Source: an uncultured bacterium
GTDB lineage: Bacteria > UBP4 > UBA4092
Assembly (NCBI GenBank): GCA_964644695.1
Contig: CAZXWN010000003.1
Location: 62,001-126,000, forward strand
Direction: 5' to 3'
Length of the DNA: 64,000 nucleotides
Shown here: positions 9,666 through 19,467 of the stretch, piece by piece
Position numbering within the stretch: position 1 is the stretch's first letter
Layout of the letters: each line of letters begins with the position of its first letter
Notes under the pieces: generated by a model
What the model was told of the DNA's origin: nothing
Database searches by the model: none
Seen by the model: the letters and a program-made list of their open reading frames with translations, nothing else
Program-made: the position numbers and the translations under genes

Positions 9666-10682
9666 CTAACAGATCCTCGGTAGGCTTTCACCGTAGGGCA
9701 CATCTACCAGGCGTTGTCCCCCGATAGTTGTATGGAGCAACACTTGACCGGGATGGTTCTCAGTCACTTCACCAATACAAACTGACTCCTGACCATACCG
9801 ATTTTTCCGTAAACAGGCCAAAACCTGGTCCCGGTAAACACTAGGACATACTATAACAACCTTACCTTCATTGGCAACCTGTAAAGGGTCTAATCCTAAC
9901 AAATCACAGGCACCCTGAATTTCAGGCCTTATTGGGATATCTTCTTCATTTAAGACCACTCCCACTCCGGATGATTTGGCCAGCTCATTGAGGCCTGCTG
10001 CCAGTCCGCCCCGGGTAGGGTCATGCAAACTATGGATTTCTTTAACTTCAGAAACCAGTTCGGAAATCAAACCATTCAACGGTGCCACATCACTGGCTAT
10101 CGGCGTGGAGAATTTTAATCCTTCCCGTTCCGATAATATTGCGATTCCATGGTCACCCAGATATCCATTTATAATAATGACATCTCCGGGTTTAGCTCCC
10201 GATAAAGAGGGCCTGACCCCCGGATATCTTTTACCTATTCCTGCCGTGTTGATAAATATGCCGTTTCCTGCTCCCCGTTCGACGACCTTCGTGTCTCCAG
10301 TGGCCAATATTACGCCGGCCTCACGAGCTGTCTCGGCCATCGAATCGACGATCTTCTCCAGGGATTCCAGCGGAAACCCTTCTTCTAAGATAAAAGAAAC
10401 CGTCAGATACTTGGGACTGGCTCCTGCCATTGACACATCATTTACCGTGCCGCAAATCGCCAGTTTCCCAATGTCTCCACCTTTGAAAAAATGCGGCGTA
10501 ACCACATAAGAATCGGTCGTTAAAGCCCACTCGCCCGCTTCTAAATCGACAATAGCAGCATCCTCCAGGGGTTCCAGTTGGGGATTCCGAAACCGGGGCA
10601 GGATGAGTTCTTCGATCAGTCGGCGGGTCAGGATTCCTCCCCCGCCATGTGCCATTATTATCTTCTCAGAAAGTTTCGACAT
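9666..10682 (-). CDS. hypE: Hydrogenase maturation protein HypE
   Basis: MAHGGGG, TTDSYVV, GDIGKLAICGTVND, GDTKVVERG, DPTRGG, ANEG and C-terminal PRIC. Start placed at the ATG at 10682. Confidence 0.95.
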   Translation of the reverse strand: MSKLSEKIIMAHGGGGILTRRLIEELILPRFRNPQLEPLEDAAIVDLEAGEWALTTDSYVVTPHFFKGGDIGKLAICGTVNDVSMAGASPKYLTVSFILEEGFPLESLEKIVDSMAETAREAGVILATGDTKVVERGAGNGIFINTAGIGKRYPGVRPSLSGAKPGDVIIINGYLGDHGIAILSEREGLKFSTPIASDVAPLNGLISELVSEVKEIHSLHDPTRGGLAAGLNELAKSSGVGVVLNEEDIPIRPEIQGACDLLGLDPLQVANEGKVVIVCPSVYRDQVLACLRKNRYGQESVCIGEVTENHPGQVLLHTTIGGQRLVDVPYGESLPRIC

Positions 10683-11010
10683 TTTACGCAATCAATTTAA
10701 TTGGACCGCCAATCATTTTATATCGACCGGCTAACTTTGGAAAGGCCTGATTCGTAAAAAGTGCCGATTTTTAGTCTTTTTCATCTAAAATTGACACTTT
10801 TTTAACCAGTTTCCTATCCTTTTTGACTCAAAATGAAACTTTTATCGGTACTATAACTCCTGTTCGAAACACCCATAACGGCTCCCTTTCACAAACGAAG
10901 CAGAAACGAAGGGGGAGATTTTTGAAATAGACTATTTTTATACCCTGTTCATTTTTTGGACACTCCCAAAAGTCCCCCATAAAATAAAAATCATACTCTT
11001 TGAATCCAAC

Positions 11011-11044
11011 AAAAAAGGCGGTCCTGATGAACTCAGGACCGCCT
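11011..11044 (-). terminator. Intrinsic terminator
   Basis: AGGCGGTCCTGA...TCAGGACCGCCT with a U-tract on the minus strand. Confidence 0.8.
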
Positions 11045-11058
11045 GGATTTGACCTACT

Positions 11059-11580
11059 CTATCTAGACATCTCTACAACACCGGTAACCCCTTTAAGTCC
11101 CCCCGGTATCAATTCACAAACCATAATGTTCTCATTAAATTCTTCCGGTAAATCAATGGAGCATTTAATGCCATGTTTAATGGTCGCCTCAAAGCCAAAC
11201 CGGTGATAATAACCCGGGTCCCCTGCCAGGAAAACTGCCTTATATCCCATCTCCTTACCTGTGGCAAGGCATCTTCGGATGAGTTCAGAGCCAACCCCCT
11301 TCTTCCTGTACTCTAAGAGAACAGATACCGGGGCCAGATAGAGAACTTCGTGCTTCTCATCCCCATGGGTAACCCATGTCTTGGTGACCATAATATGCCC
11401 TATAATTTTACCGTCTTCTTCAGCGACCAGTGCCAGACTGGGAATATATTTGTCGGAATCCCTAAGTCTATTGACAAAGTCTTGCTCATCACCGTCTTTT
11501 ACTTTTGCAGTCTCAAAGGCCGTTTTCACTAATTCATAGATAGCTGCATAATCATGACTGTTTTCTTGTCTGATATTCAT
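11059..11580 (-). CDS. GNAT family N-acetyltransferase (YhbS-like)
   Basis: LVAEEDGKIIGHI, LAPVSV..EYRKKGVGSELI and GDPGYYHRFGF. Confidence 0.9.
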   Translation of the reverse strand: MNIRQENSHDYAAIYELVKTAFETAKVKDGDEQDFVNRLRDSDKYIPSLALVAEEDGKIIGHIMVTKTWVTHGDEKHEVLYLAPVSVLLEYRKKGVGSELIRRCLATGKEMGYKAVFLAGDPGYYHRFGFEATIKHGIKCSIDLPEEFNENIMVCELIPGGLKGVTGVVEMSR

Positions 11581-11621
11581 AAGTATATTTGTGATTATCC
11601 TTATTAATCTTGGGTATGTTT

Positions 11622-13982
11622 TTACTGTTTCAATGCATTCTCGAACAGGGTCTTTCGTTCCTCTGCTGTTAATATCTGGGGCGGAAGTATTGGATTGGGT
11701 TTATTCCCTTCCTTCAGATATTTCAGATATCTCCTGCGATACTCTTTCTTGTAATCCTCTACTGTCTTCTCATAACTGTACTTCGGTATTCCCTGTTTAT
11801 AGGACCACTTCACACTGACTTTTGTGACCTCAGGAGAAAAGACAAGTTTATCCCCATCTCGTTTGAAACTCTTGGAATCCGTCTGACAACCCCGATACTC
11901 TACAAACCATGGAATATGGATTACCACTGTATTGGGATTGGTTCTCCACTTGGAATCAATAGTATAGACAGCGCCGTGCTTATTAAATTTAACCTGGGCA
12001 CTTACAACCCCATGGTCTGTTGGGGCCTTACTGAAGGAGACTTCCTGCCCTGGTTTGACCCATTCTGGTGAAAGTACCGTGAATAAATGAATATCCCGGG
12101 GTGCAAGTCCTGCCTGTCCCCCACGTTCTTGAATCAACATGTTTCGGAGTAGGGCATTTAACATGGCTGAACCCCAACCATGCGGAGGATAATTATCGCC
12201 TACATCCCGATTACCATAAATCTCAGCGCGCCATTCAAACATCTCGTGAGCACTTCCGGTATGGAGTAAGAGTCCATAGTAATCCTTTAGTGCCTCTTCC
12301 TGGTCGCCCCGATATACATAGTTCTGAGAGACCTTTACCGTGACATATTGATGAATCTTACCCTGGTAGGTCATCACACCTTCAGCATACTTATCTTTTT
12401 TGACTTTATCCAGAGATGTTTTTACTCTGGGATCGAAAGGATCTATTACCTCTGAAGGATATACCCCGATGAAATTACCCCAGTCTTGTCCACCTTTGGC
12501 ATCCAACCCCGGTGGAATATATCCATTTTTCCCTGCGGCCTTCTCCAGAGCCTTCATAAAACAGGCGTGGTAATTATTATACTCTTCTCTGAAACGAAGG
12601 GCGTCATCATCTTTACCCAACATACGGGCAACCCTTTCGGCCATTCTGACACCCAACAAAGCCCAGTAATTATGCCCCGTGTAATGTCCCTTGATGAGCT
12701 CGTTGTCTGCTACCTCTGTTGCAGGTATCAATCCGAGAGGGTCTGTCTTCCTCATCTTGGAAAGGTATTCCACCGCGGGAGGAACATGCTTATATATCTG
12801 TGCGGCATAAGTTGTATCTCCAGTAATCAGGGCGTGTTGGCAAAGTGCAAATAGGGCCTGCCCAAACCCGTCTCGTTGACCTTCCTGACTTTCAAAGTTC
12901 CCGTCTTCTTTTTGGAACCGTGGGAAATAGGCCAGGCAGTTGCGAGCGGTTGAATGATGTCCCCAGAGGTCGTATGTTCGGGCAATATACGCTCCATCCC
13001 GGAGCCAAAACCAGTTGTATTGGAATTTATTGACACCCGGTACCCATGTCGAATCATTCGCTGGCCAGATGGCCATAAAATCATACATTAAATTGGCTTT
13101 CCAGGCTTCATTAGCTTTTCTTTCTGGCAGGAATACCTGCATCCCTTTAGCAATTTCTTTTTTCCAGAAACTAATGCATTTATCTCGATAATCGTCGTAT
13201 TGCGCCGCTTCAAGTTTTTGAACTGCAATAGAACTGTCTCTTGATATGCTCCGGTAGGGGACCTTGAAATCATAGACCTTCATCTGGCCAGGTTCTAATG
13301 TGGGTGTGTAATAGGTCAGGCAATACTCGGCTCGACTTGATATCTGGTATGTATCCCCATTGAAAGGTCCAGGATAAGGCTTCCCCGGAATAGCCTCCTG
13401 TTTATCACCCTTAGGCAATATTGCCAGCACCCGACCGTGCCGTATGACCTTGTCCCCCGGCATCTCATACATCCATCCGGTGTTGAATAACTCAGACTTA
13501 TAGGCAAACCGGTATTTCTCACTGTTGGAGCGAAATCCTGTCGCTAATGTTGCCTGTTGGCGGTCTTTCCCAATATTGGAGACTCTCACCCGAATAAACG
13601 CTACCGAGGGCTCCAGTGAATTGTTATCAACATTCCAGGCAAAAGACTCTACATCATAACGAATGTCCCCATTCTTTTCCCCATAACTAAAGACTGGGAC
13701 ATACCCGTCATAAAGAACCTTTTGTCTTGCCATTAACGGTTTGATGGGATTCCCGGTGTAAATATTGAATTCATTTTCCCGGTTATAAATAGTCCCGTCA
13801 TAGGTCAGTTGAAACCCGTTTTTTGAGACCATCATGGCCATTTCATTATTCGGATAGGCCAGGTAGGAGAATGGACCCTCATCATCAATAATCGGGTCCA
13901 CCATGGTGACCGTATTCTTCTCAGCAGCGTATAATCCGGCTGACAGGCAGCACACACAAAACCATAATATCCATCGTTTCAT
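11622..13982 (-). CDS. Secreted (alpha/alpha)6 six-hairpin glycosidase-like protein
   Basis: Signal peptide from MKRWILW (GGAGG SD); YNWFWLRDGAY motif typical of GH15/GH63/GH78-like barrels. Exact family not determinable. Confidence 0.65.
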   Translation of the reverse strand: MKRWILWFCVCCLSAGLYAAEKNTVTMVDPIIDDEGPFSYLAYPNNEMAMMVSKNGFQLTYDGTIYNRENEFNIYTGNPIKPLMARQKVLYDGYVPVFSYGEKNGDIRYDVESFAWNVDNNSLEPSVAFIRVRVSNIGKDRQQATLATGFRSNSEKYRFAYKSELFNTGWMYEMPGDKVIRHGRVLAILPKGDKQEAIPGKPYPGPFNGDTYQISSRAEYCLTYYTPTLEPGQMKVYDFKVPYRSISRDSSIAVQKLEAAQYDDYRDKCISFWKKEIAKGMQVFLPERKANEAWKANLMYDFMAIWPANDSTWVPGVNKFQYNWFWLRDGAYIARTYDLWGHHSTARNCLAYFPRFQKEDGNFESQEGQRDGFGQALFALCQHALITGDTTYAAQIYKHVPPAVEYLSKMRKTDPLGLIPATEVADNELIKGHYTGHNYWALLGVRMAERVARMLGKDDDALRFREEYNNYHACFMKALEKAAGKNGYIPPGLDAKGGQDWGNFIGVYPSEVIDPFDPRVKTSLDKVKKDKYAEGVMTYQGKIHQYVTVKVSQNYVYRGDQEEALKDYYGLLLHTGSAHEMFEWRAEIYGNRDVGDNYPPHGWGSAMLNALLRNMLIQERGGQAGLAPRDIHLFTVLSPEWVKPGQEVSFSKAPTDHGVVSAQVKFNKHGAVYTIDSKWRTNPNTVVIHIPWFVEYRGCQTDSKSFKRDGDKLVFSPEVTKVSVKWSYKQGIPKYSYEKTVEDYKKEYRRRYLKYLKEGNKPNPILPPQILTAEERKTLFENALKQ

Positions 13983-14171
13983 CGTGGGATAAACCTCCAT
14001 ATAATTACTACTTCCCAATAGCATACCTTATTCCTTTGTTTCTATGCGGCGGAAATATTATTCTGTAGAGTTTTATAGAAGCTTTCAGCCCTGGAATTGA
14101 TTTGCAGTATGATATAAGAAAATATTCTCCCGATATTATGGAAGATGGTTTCATATTTTATGGAGGTTCCG

Positions 14172-15422
14172 ATGCGTTTCTTATCTCTCGGACTCACACT
14201 ATTTCTCTGTATGGCAGGTATCGCGATGGCAAAACAAAACGCTTATGTTCCAGGTGACCATGCCCTGAACTTTACGTCCTCTCTGGATTCGACTCAACAA
14301 CCCTATCGGCTGTTTGTGCCTCGGGTCGCTGAAGAAGGAAAATCTCTCCCCCTTCTTTTCGTTCTTCATGGTAAATGGGTGGACCAAAACGCCTGGTTTA
14401 ATGGAACCCCGATTAAGAACTTTGCTCAGTTGAATGGATATCTGGTCGTGGCCCCTTACAGTCGTGGTAATCTCTTTTACCGGGGTGCCGGGGAACAGGA
14501 TGTGATGGACCTGTTGAAACTCACACAATCCCAGTTTAATGTGGATTCCAACCGAATCTATGTCATGGGGCATTCCATGGGTGGATGGGGTACCTGGTGG
14601 TTGGGATTACGGCATCCTGATGTCTTTGCGGCAATGGCTCCTATGTCTGGTTGGGCACCCCCTTATTTACTCCCTAATGCAAAATGGGTTCCCCCTTATA
14701 TCGTACATTCCGCAGATGACCCTATCGTGTCAGTAGAAGGTTCCCGCAGTCCAGAAAGAGAATTGACGCGCTTGAGTATTCCCCATCTATACACTGAAGA
14801 AACCAGTTATGGTCACGACTCAAGAATGATCGGTGACCATTTAGACCGTGTCTTTACCTGGTTCAAAAACCATCCCAAATCTGCTCGACCTGACCCGGAT
14901 AAAATCACCCATCGGCCCAAACGCCTTGCTGTGGCTAAACCGTATGGGAAAGTCGCAGAATGGTCTGATGAGTCCACCTTCTCAAAAACACCTGTCGTCT
15001 TGTGTGATACTGTGGCTCGGTATCTGCTATCGGAAACAAAAGGTATTAATCCTGTCCCCGCCGAGGGCGCTGATTTATGCCTTTTCCAGGATGATATGTT
15101 TGAATGGCCTGTCGGTGAATTGACTACCGATAAACTTCTGGATATTTACCTTTACCCCATCGAGAATGTAGCTGTTGTTAAAGTCTCCAGGAATGAATTG
15201 GAAGCAATGTTGAAGAAAATGGATAGCGACCCTTCACCACTTGTTAGAATGAGAACCTCCCCCTCAGGTTCCATCCCCAATAAGGACTCTTTGGTGATTT
15301 TAACACCTTCCAATATCGCCCGTTATTTCACCGATAAACCTGTTTTGATGGACCGCACTATTGGCGAATACCTGACGGATGCGATTGCACGCAGTGGCTC
15401 TTTCCCTAATACTAAAAAATAA
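14172..15422 (+). CDS. Secreted alpha/beta hydrolase (esterase or S9-like) with an extra C-terminal domain
   Basis: Signal peptide, LHG oxyanion motif, GHSMGG nucleophile, Asp in HSADDPIV and His in YGHD; GGAGG SD before ATG 14172. Confidence 0.85.
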   Translation: MRFLSLGLTLFLCMAGIAMAKQNAYVPGDHALNFTSSLDSTQQPYRLFVPRVAEEGKSLPLLFVLHGKWVDQNAWFNGTPIKNFAQLNGYLVVAPYSRGNLFYRGAGEQDVMDLLKLTQSQFNVDSNRIYVMGHSMGGWGTWWLGLRHPDVFAAMAPMSGWAPPYLLPNAKWVPPYIVHSADDPIVSVEGSRSPERELTRLSIPHLYTEETSYGHDSRMIGDHLDRVFTWFKNHPKSARPDPDKITHRPKRLAVAKPYGKVAEWSDESTFSKTPVVLCDTVARYLLSETKGINPVPAEGADLCLFQDDMFEWPVGELTTDKLLDIYLYPIENVAVVKVSRNELEAMLKKMDSDPSPLVRMRTSPSGSIPNKDSLVILTPSNIARYFTDKPVLMDRTIGEYLTDAIARSGSFPNTKK

Positions 15423-15438
15423 CGAATCCCCAAATAAT

Positions 15439-15474
15439 AAGCGGTCTGGCTCTTTTGAGAACCAGACCGCTTTT
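15439..15474. terminator. Terminator between convergent genes
   Basis: AAGCGGTCTGG...CCAGACCGCTTTT. Confidence 0.75.
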
Positions 15475-15502
15475 CTTATGCTTGATGTTTTATCTGTATT
15501 TC

Positions 15503-18313
15503 TTATTCCTGTTCGAATCCGGACAGTTCCACAGGAACGGTTCCAAATCCCATAATCCAAGTCGTATTACTTCCGCCATTCGGAAGTCCGGGAGTTGCCG
15601 CCGTAGTAGCAGATACCTTTGTCCAGTTTGCTGCATTCTGGGGGTCCTGACTGCCAGTTCCCATATATTGCGCTGTCTGGTTACTTCCTGGGTATGCTCC
15701 TGATGGGAAGGTAAACACTGCTGTAGCCGATGCATTATATAGAATCGGTCCATCAGTAATAGTTGAATTTGCGAACGCTCCCGTAGTGCTATTCCAACCT
15801 GTGGTTCGGGTGATAGCATATATCCCCGTACTGTTCAAGGAAGATATCTTTAATACTTGGTCAGGGTAAAGGGTAGTGTCCAGTGATATTCCGGTATCAA
15901 CATCGCCCCCGTTATAGATAACTATTAATGTACCTGCAGGAAGATTGCTGAAACCTGTGCCGCTCAATGTGATACTCAAAGACCCATTTCCATCTGTGAG
16001 CTTCCAGTTCTGTAAATTAGCACTGGCTTGAGTAACAACCAGCTCCACCCATTCTTTGGCTCCGGATGCTCCCTGACTGAATTCATTCACAAAAGCTGCC
16101 GGTCCAGTATATGGATCTGCTGAGGTGACGGAATAAACAGAAGGCACGGTTCCTGTCGTTAAGTAGTTGAATGTTTCTGGATTTCCTTCATCCCACAGGA
16201 AAGGCATCAGGATGAAAGAATATCCCGTGCTTGGAATCAAATTGGAAACAGTATAGCTGGACAAGGATGACGATAACAACAGACTTGCAACCGTTGCATC
16301 ACCCACCGTCTCGCCTTCGACATAGACAGTTCCATCTACAGGTCTTCCCGTAATGGAGGTGCCTGCTTTCATGAGTAATAAATATCCGTCATTCCCTGAT
16401 GCGGGCGTCCATGATAAAACCATTCTGTTCGCTGTAACATTGGAAGCCGTAAAGTTTGTCGGATATTCTGTTGGTTCGGAAGCTAAAGTGAAGAGGGCAA
16501 TACTATTTCCATAGGCGGTTCCGACGCTGTTAGTTGCGTATGCCCTGACAAAATATTGGGTTTGAGGGAGAAGCCCTGTAAGTGTGTTTGAGAAACTTCC
16601 GGTTGTGCTGATGGGGCCATTCTGTGATGTCGAATTAGTTCCAATCACAGGGTTATCCGCTGTATTCCAGGTAAACCCATACTGTGTCGGATTAGGATAT
16701 CCCAAATCTACGATATTACCTGTTGCCCTGAATGAAACAGGGGTCACTTGGTCTAAGTTTGAGGTTTGTACTGTCGGGCTGGACGCGACCTGTGGGGTTG
16801 TTGCATTGGCCGCTGGTATCGTTCCGTCAGTTTTATAGTTGCGGGCTGAAGCAGCGCCATTGTATGGATAAACTCTGAAGTAATATGTTTTGTTGGCAGA
16901 TAAACTGCTGAAAGTATATTCCAGTGTCCCGGTTGAGTAGGTAAGATTGACCCGGGCATTCCCATCTGTTAAGACTGCATCATCTGCATACACATTTCCA
17001 TCCAATGGGGTTGAAAAAGACCCTGATTGGCTTCCAATCAGTAAATAACCTGTCGGTAAGGGACTTCCGGTGGCGGGAGGGAATGTAACTTTGATTTGAC
17101 CAATTCCCGTTGTTGTTGCACTGACAGAAGCAACATGATTGGCCGGTTCTGAATCTAACACAGAAGGAAATGTCGTCACGACCATGGCCGGTGCATCTTC
17201 CAATTTATAGTTGATTGGATTGGTGGTGCTGGCGCAGGCATATACCTTGAAATAGTAGCTGGTATTAGGATTCAAGCCACTGAACCGATATTGAGTCGAA
17301 CTCACAGAGTGAGGAATATAGACAAGGGCTTTCCCGTCACTGAGGTTGGAATCTTCGGTATAGCTGACGCCATCCATTGGGATGAAATAATTGTTGGTGT
17401 CGTAGGCTAATACCATATACGCCGTCGGGGCGGGTGTCCCTGTTGCCAAAGTCCAGGTCAGGTCAATGTAGGACCCGTTCACCGAAGCGGTGGTCAGTCC
17501 GGATAACTGAGCCAGGGGTTCTGAAGAATATACCGGGCTGAGTGCACTTAAATTCCAGAAGTTTATTTTACTGACCCATTCCGGATGATCCACAAAGGGA
17601 TTGCGATTCTTCTGAACAGACTGAATGTAATTGTTCCGTTCCACTTCCCATTTATCAGGAGGATCCTGCTGATGCCATTGTAATAATATTCCAACATCCT
17701 GAAAGGAAGTCCCTAATAAAGTGCTTAACGCCGAAAAAGTCCAATCTCCATAAACGCCATTATGTTTCACTGACATATATAACATGGCGCGGGCCGCATC
17801 GCCTTTATGACTGTCTCGCGGTTCAAACACTACACGTCCACGACTGTCGGTTCCTATCTTGGAATCTCCCCAATATCGGGATACACTGACGACTTTATCA
17901 AGGGGATTGTTCCCACGAGAGGAATTGGCGCTCGGATTGGTTGGAAACAAATGATGCTGGTCTGAATATTGGGGTCCTGTCATGGGAAACCAGCTCTGAC
18001 ACCAGGTGTGTTCACGATTCATGCTGGAAAAATAATCAAACGGCGGTGTGTAGGTGTACCAATACGAATCACCCATATAGACACACTGAACTTTTCTCTT
18101 GCCGCCATCCGCTGGGAAGGATGCAAAATCATCAATGTTGTTTGAAAAATTATCGTATGAAATACTGGTGAAGGGACTCCGGATTCGAGTCTGTAACTGG
18201 GTCATAAATCCAGCGTTTGACGGATCCACTGTACTGTAATAACTATAATATGACTGACCAAAAGATAACGATGCTCCACATAATATCAAACATATTAAAA
18301 GCCACTTTTTCAT
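15503..18313 (-). CDS. Secreted Endonuclease I-family nuclease with FN3 repeats and a lamin-tail-like domain
   Basis: Signal peptide; NREHTW, DQHHLFP..NSSRGN, KGDAARA and QKNRNPFVDHP motifs; several FN3-like repeats (LxPxTxYxFxVY); 'FVNEF...EWVEL' LTD-like region. Confidence 0.88.
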   Translation of the reverse strand: MKKWLLICLILCGASLSFGQSYYSYYSTVDPSNAGFMTQLQTRIRSPFTSISYDNFSNNIDDFASFPADGGKRKVQCVYMGDSYWYTYTPPFDYFSSMNREHTWCQSWFPMTGPQYSDQHHLFPTNPSANSSRGNNPLDKVVSVSRYWGDSKIGTDSRGRVVFEPRDSHKGDAARAMLYMSVKHNGVYGDWTFSALSTLLGTSFQDVGILLQWHQQDPPDKWEVERNNYIQSVQKNRNPFVDHPEWVSKINFWNLSALSPVYSSEPLAQLSGLTTASVNGSYIDLTWTLATGTPAPTAYMVLAYDTNNYFIPMDGVSYTEDSNLSDGKALVYIPHSVSSTQYRFSGLNPNTSYYFKVYACASTTNPINYKLEDAPAMVVTTFPSVLDSEPANHVASVSATTTGIGQIKVTFPPATGSPLPTGYLLIGSQSGSFSTPLDGNVYADDAVLTDGNARVNLTYSTGTLEYTFSSLSANKTYYFRVYPYNGAASARNYKTDGTIPAANATTPQVASSPTVQTSNLDQVTPVSFRATGNIVDLGYPNPTQYGFTWNTADNPVIGTNSTSQNGPISTTGSFSNTLTGLLPQTQYFVRAYATNSVGTAYGNSIALFTLASEPTEYPTNFTASNVTANRMVLSWTPASGNDGYLLLMKAGTSITGRPVDGTVYVEGETVGDATVASLLLSSSLSSYTVSNLIPSTGYSFILMPFLWDEGNPETFNYLTTGTVPSVYSVTSADPYTGPAAFVNEFSQGASGAKEWVELVVTQASANLQNWKLTDGNGSLSITLSGTGFSNLPAGTLIVIYNGGDVDTGISLDTTLYPDQVLKISSLNSTGIYAITRTTGWNSTTGAFANSTITDGPILYNASATAVFTFPSGAYPGSNQTAQYMGTGSQDPQNAANWTKVSATTAATPGLPNGGSNTTWIMGFGTVPVELSGFEQE

Positions 18314-18452
18314 ATTTTTCTCTCTCACAAATTAGGTTGTATAGTGTACTGATATTCTATCACTTGATTATTTCAAAATCAGTAATTAAAGTATACACGA
18401 TTTAGAATGTTATACGGTTTTTTGGACGAAGCAGAAACGAAGAGGGTCTGGA

Positions 18453-19364
18453 CTAATTGTTTTCTGTCAAAATGAGACCTTCGTGGTCTATCTCCAGATA
18501 ACTTAGGGAAACTTTTATCCCTCTTTCTCTGAAAACTTCACTTAAAGCGGTCTCAATTTTAGGATTTTTTCCTGAAACAAAACAGAATATTGTAGAGCCA
18601 GCGCCCGATAGTGCCGCTCCATACGCCCCCGCTTCTACTGCTGCTTTTACCGCCGCTGCAATAAATCCCTCTGCGGTATCCCGATAGGGTTGATGTAATC
18701 GGTCTTCCATCCCAACGCGTATATTTTCCCAATCTCCTTGCATTAAAGCCGCCACCAACAATGTGGCTCTGTTGATGTTTTGCACCGCATCCTTATAATC
18801 AATTTGGGCCGGAAGTGCTTTCCGAGCCTGTTTGGTGTTCATCTCCAGTTCTGGAATAGCAACCAGGACCTGTGGGAGTTCTAAATTATTACACTTGGTA
18901 TAGAAAGTCCCTTCGGGAGTATAAGCCGCTATTATAAACCCGCCTAAATAAGACGGGCAGATATTATCCGGATGCCCTTCATAACTGACCCCCATCTCCA
19001 ATATCTCTTTTTGAGTATATGGGGACCCCAGGAAATAATTCGCCGCAACCAATCCTCCGATATAGGCTACAGCCGAACTGCCTAACCCTCGTTCCAGAGG
19101 AATATTGTTTACCTGTTTGAGTTTGACAGCTGGAGCTGTTTTGCCTGATTTCTCATAAACAGTGCGAAATGCTTTCAGAACCAGATTCTTGGTGGGGTCT
19201 GTCAAAATATCTGAACCTTCACCCTCTACTTCAATAATAGAATCTGTTCCCTCCAGAACCTCAAAAGTCATTAAGTTATACAATGACAAAGCAATACCCA
19301 GACAGTCAAAACCTGGGCCGAGATTTGATGTAGATGCAGGAATTCGTAATGTGATTGATTTCAT
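18453..19364 (-). CDS. thrB: Homoserine kinase
   Basis: PASTSNLGPGFD, PLERGLGSS, EGHPDN, DRLHQPYR and LSGAGST. Confidence 0.96.
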   Translation of the reverse strand: MKSITLRIPASTSNLGPGFDCLGIALSLYNLMTFEVLEGTDSIIEVEGEGSDILTDPTKNLVLKAFRTVYEKSGKTAPAVKLKQVNNIPLERGLGSSAVAYIGGLVAANYFLGSPYTQKEILEMGVSYEGHPDNICPSYLGGFIIAAYTPEGTFYTKCNNLELPQVLVAIPELEMNTKQARKALPAQIDYKDAVQNINRATLLVAALMQGDWENIRVGMEDRLHQPYRDTAEGFIAAAVKAAVEAGAYGAALSGAGSTIFCFVSGKNPKIETALSEVFRERGIKVSLSYLEIDHEGLILTENN

Positions 19365-19467
19365 AGAATAATAATTAATTGTCGAAGATAATTGGGAACC
19401 CTGTCAACCTCTGGAATATGCTATTTTAATTCCTAATAATGTTATTAATTCAACGGTGAGGCTACGA

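Noticed and set aside
9976..10509. 177-aa ORF antisense to hypE, and similar antisense ORFs (31984-32541, 43666-44232, 45024-45527)
   Set aside because: Shadow ORFs of well-supported genes on the opposite strand.
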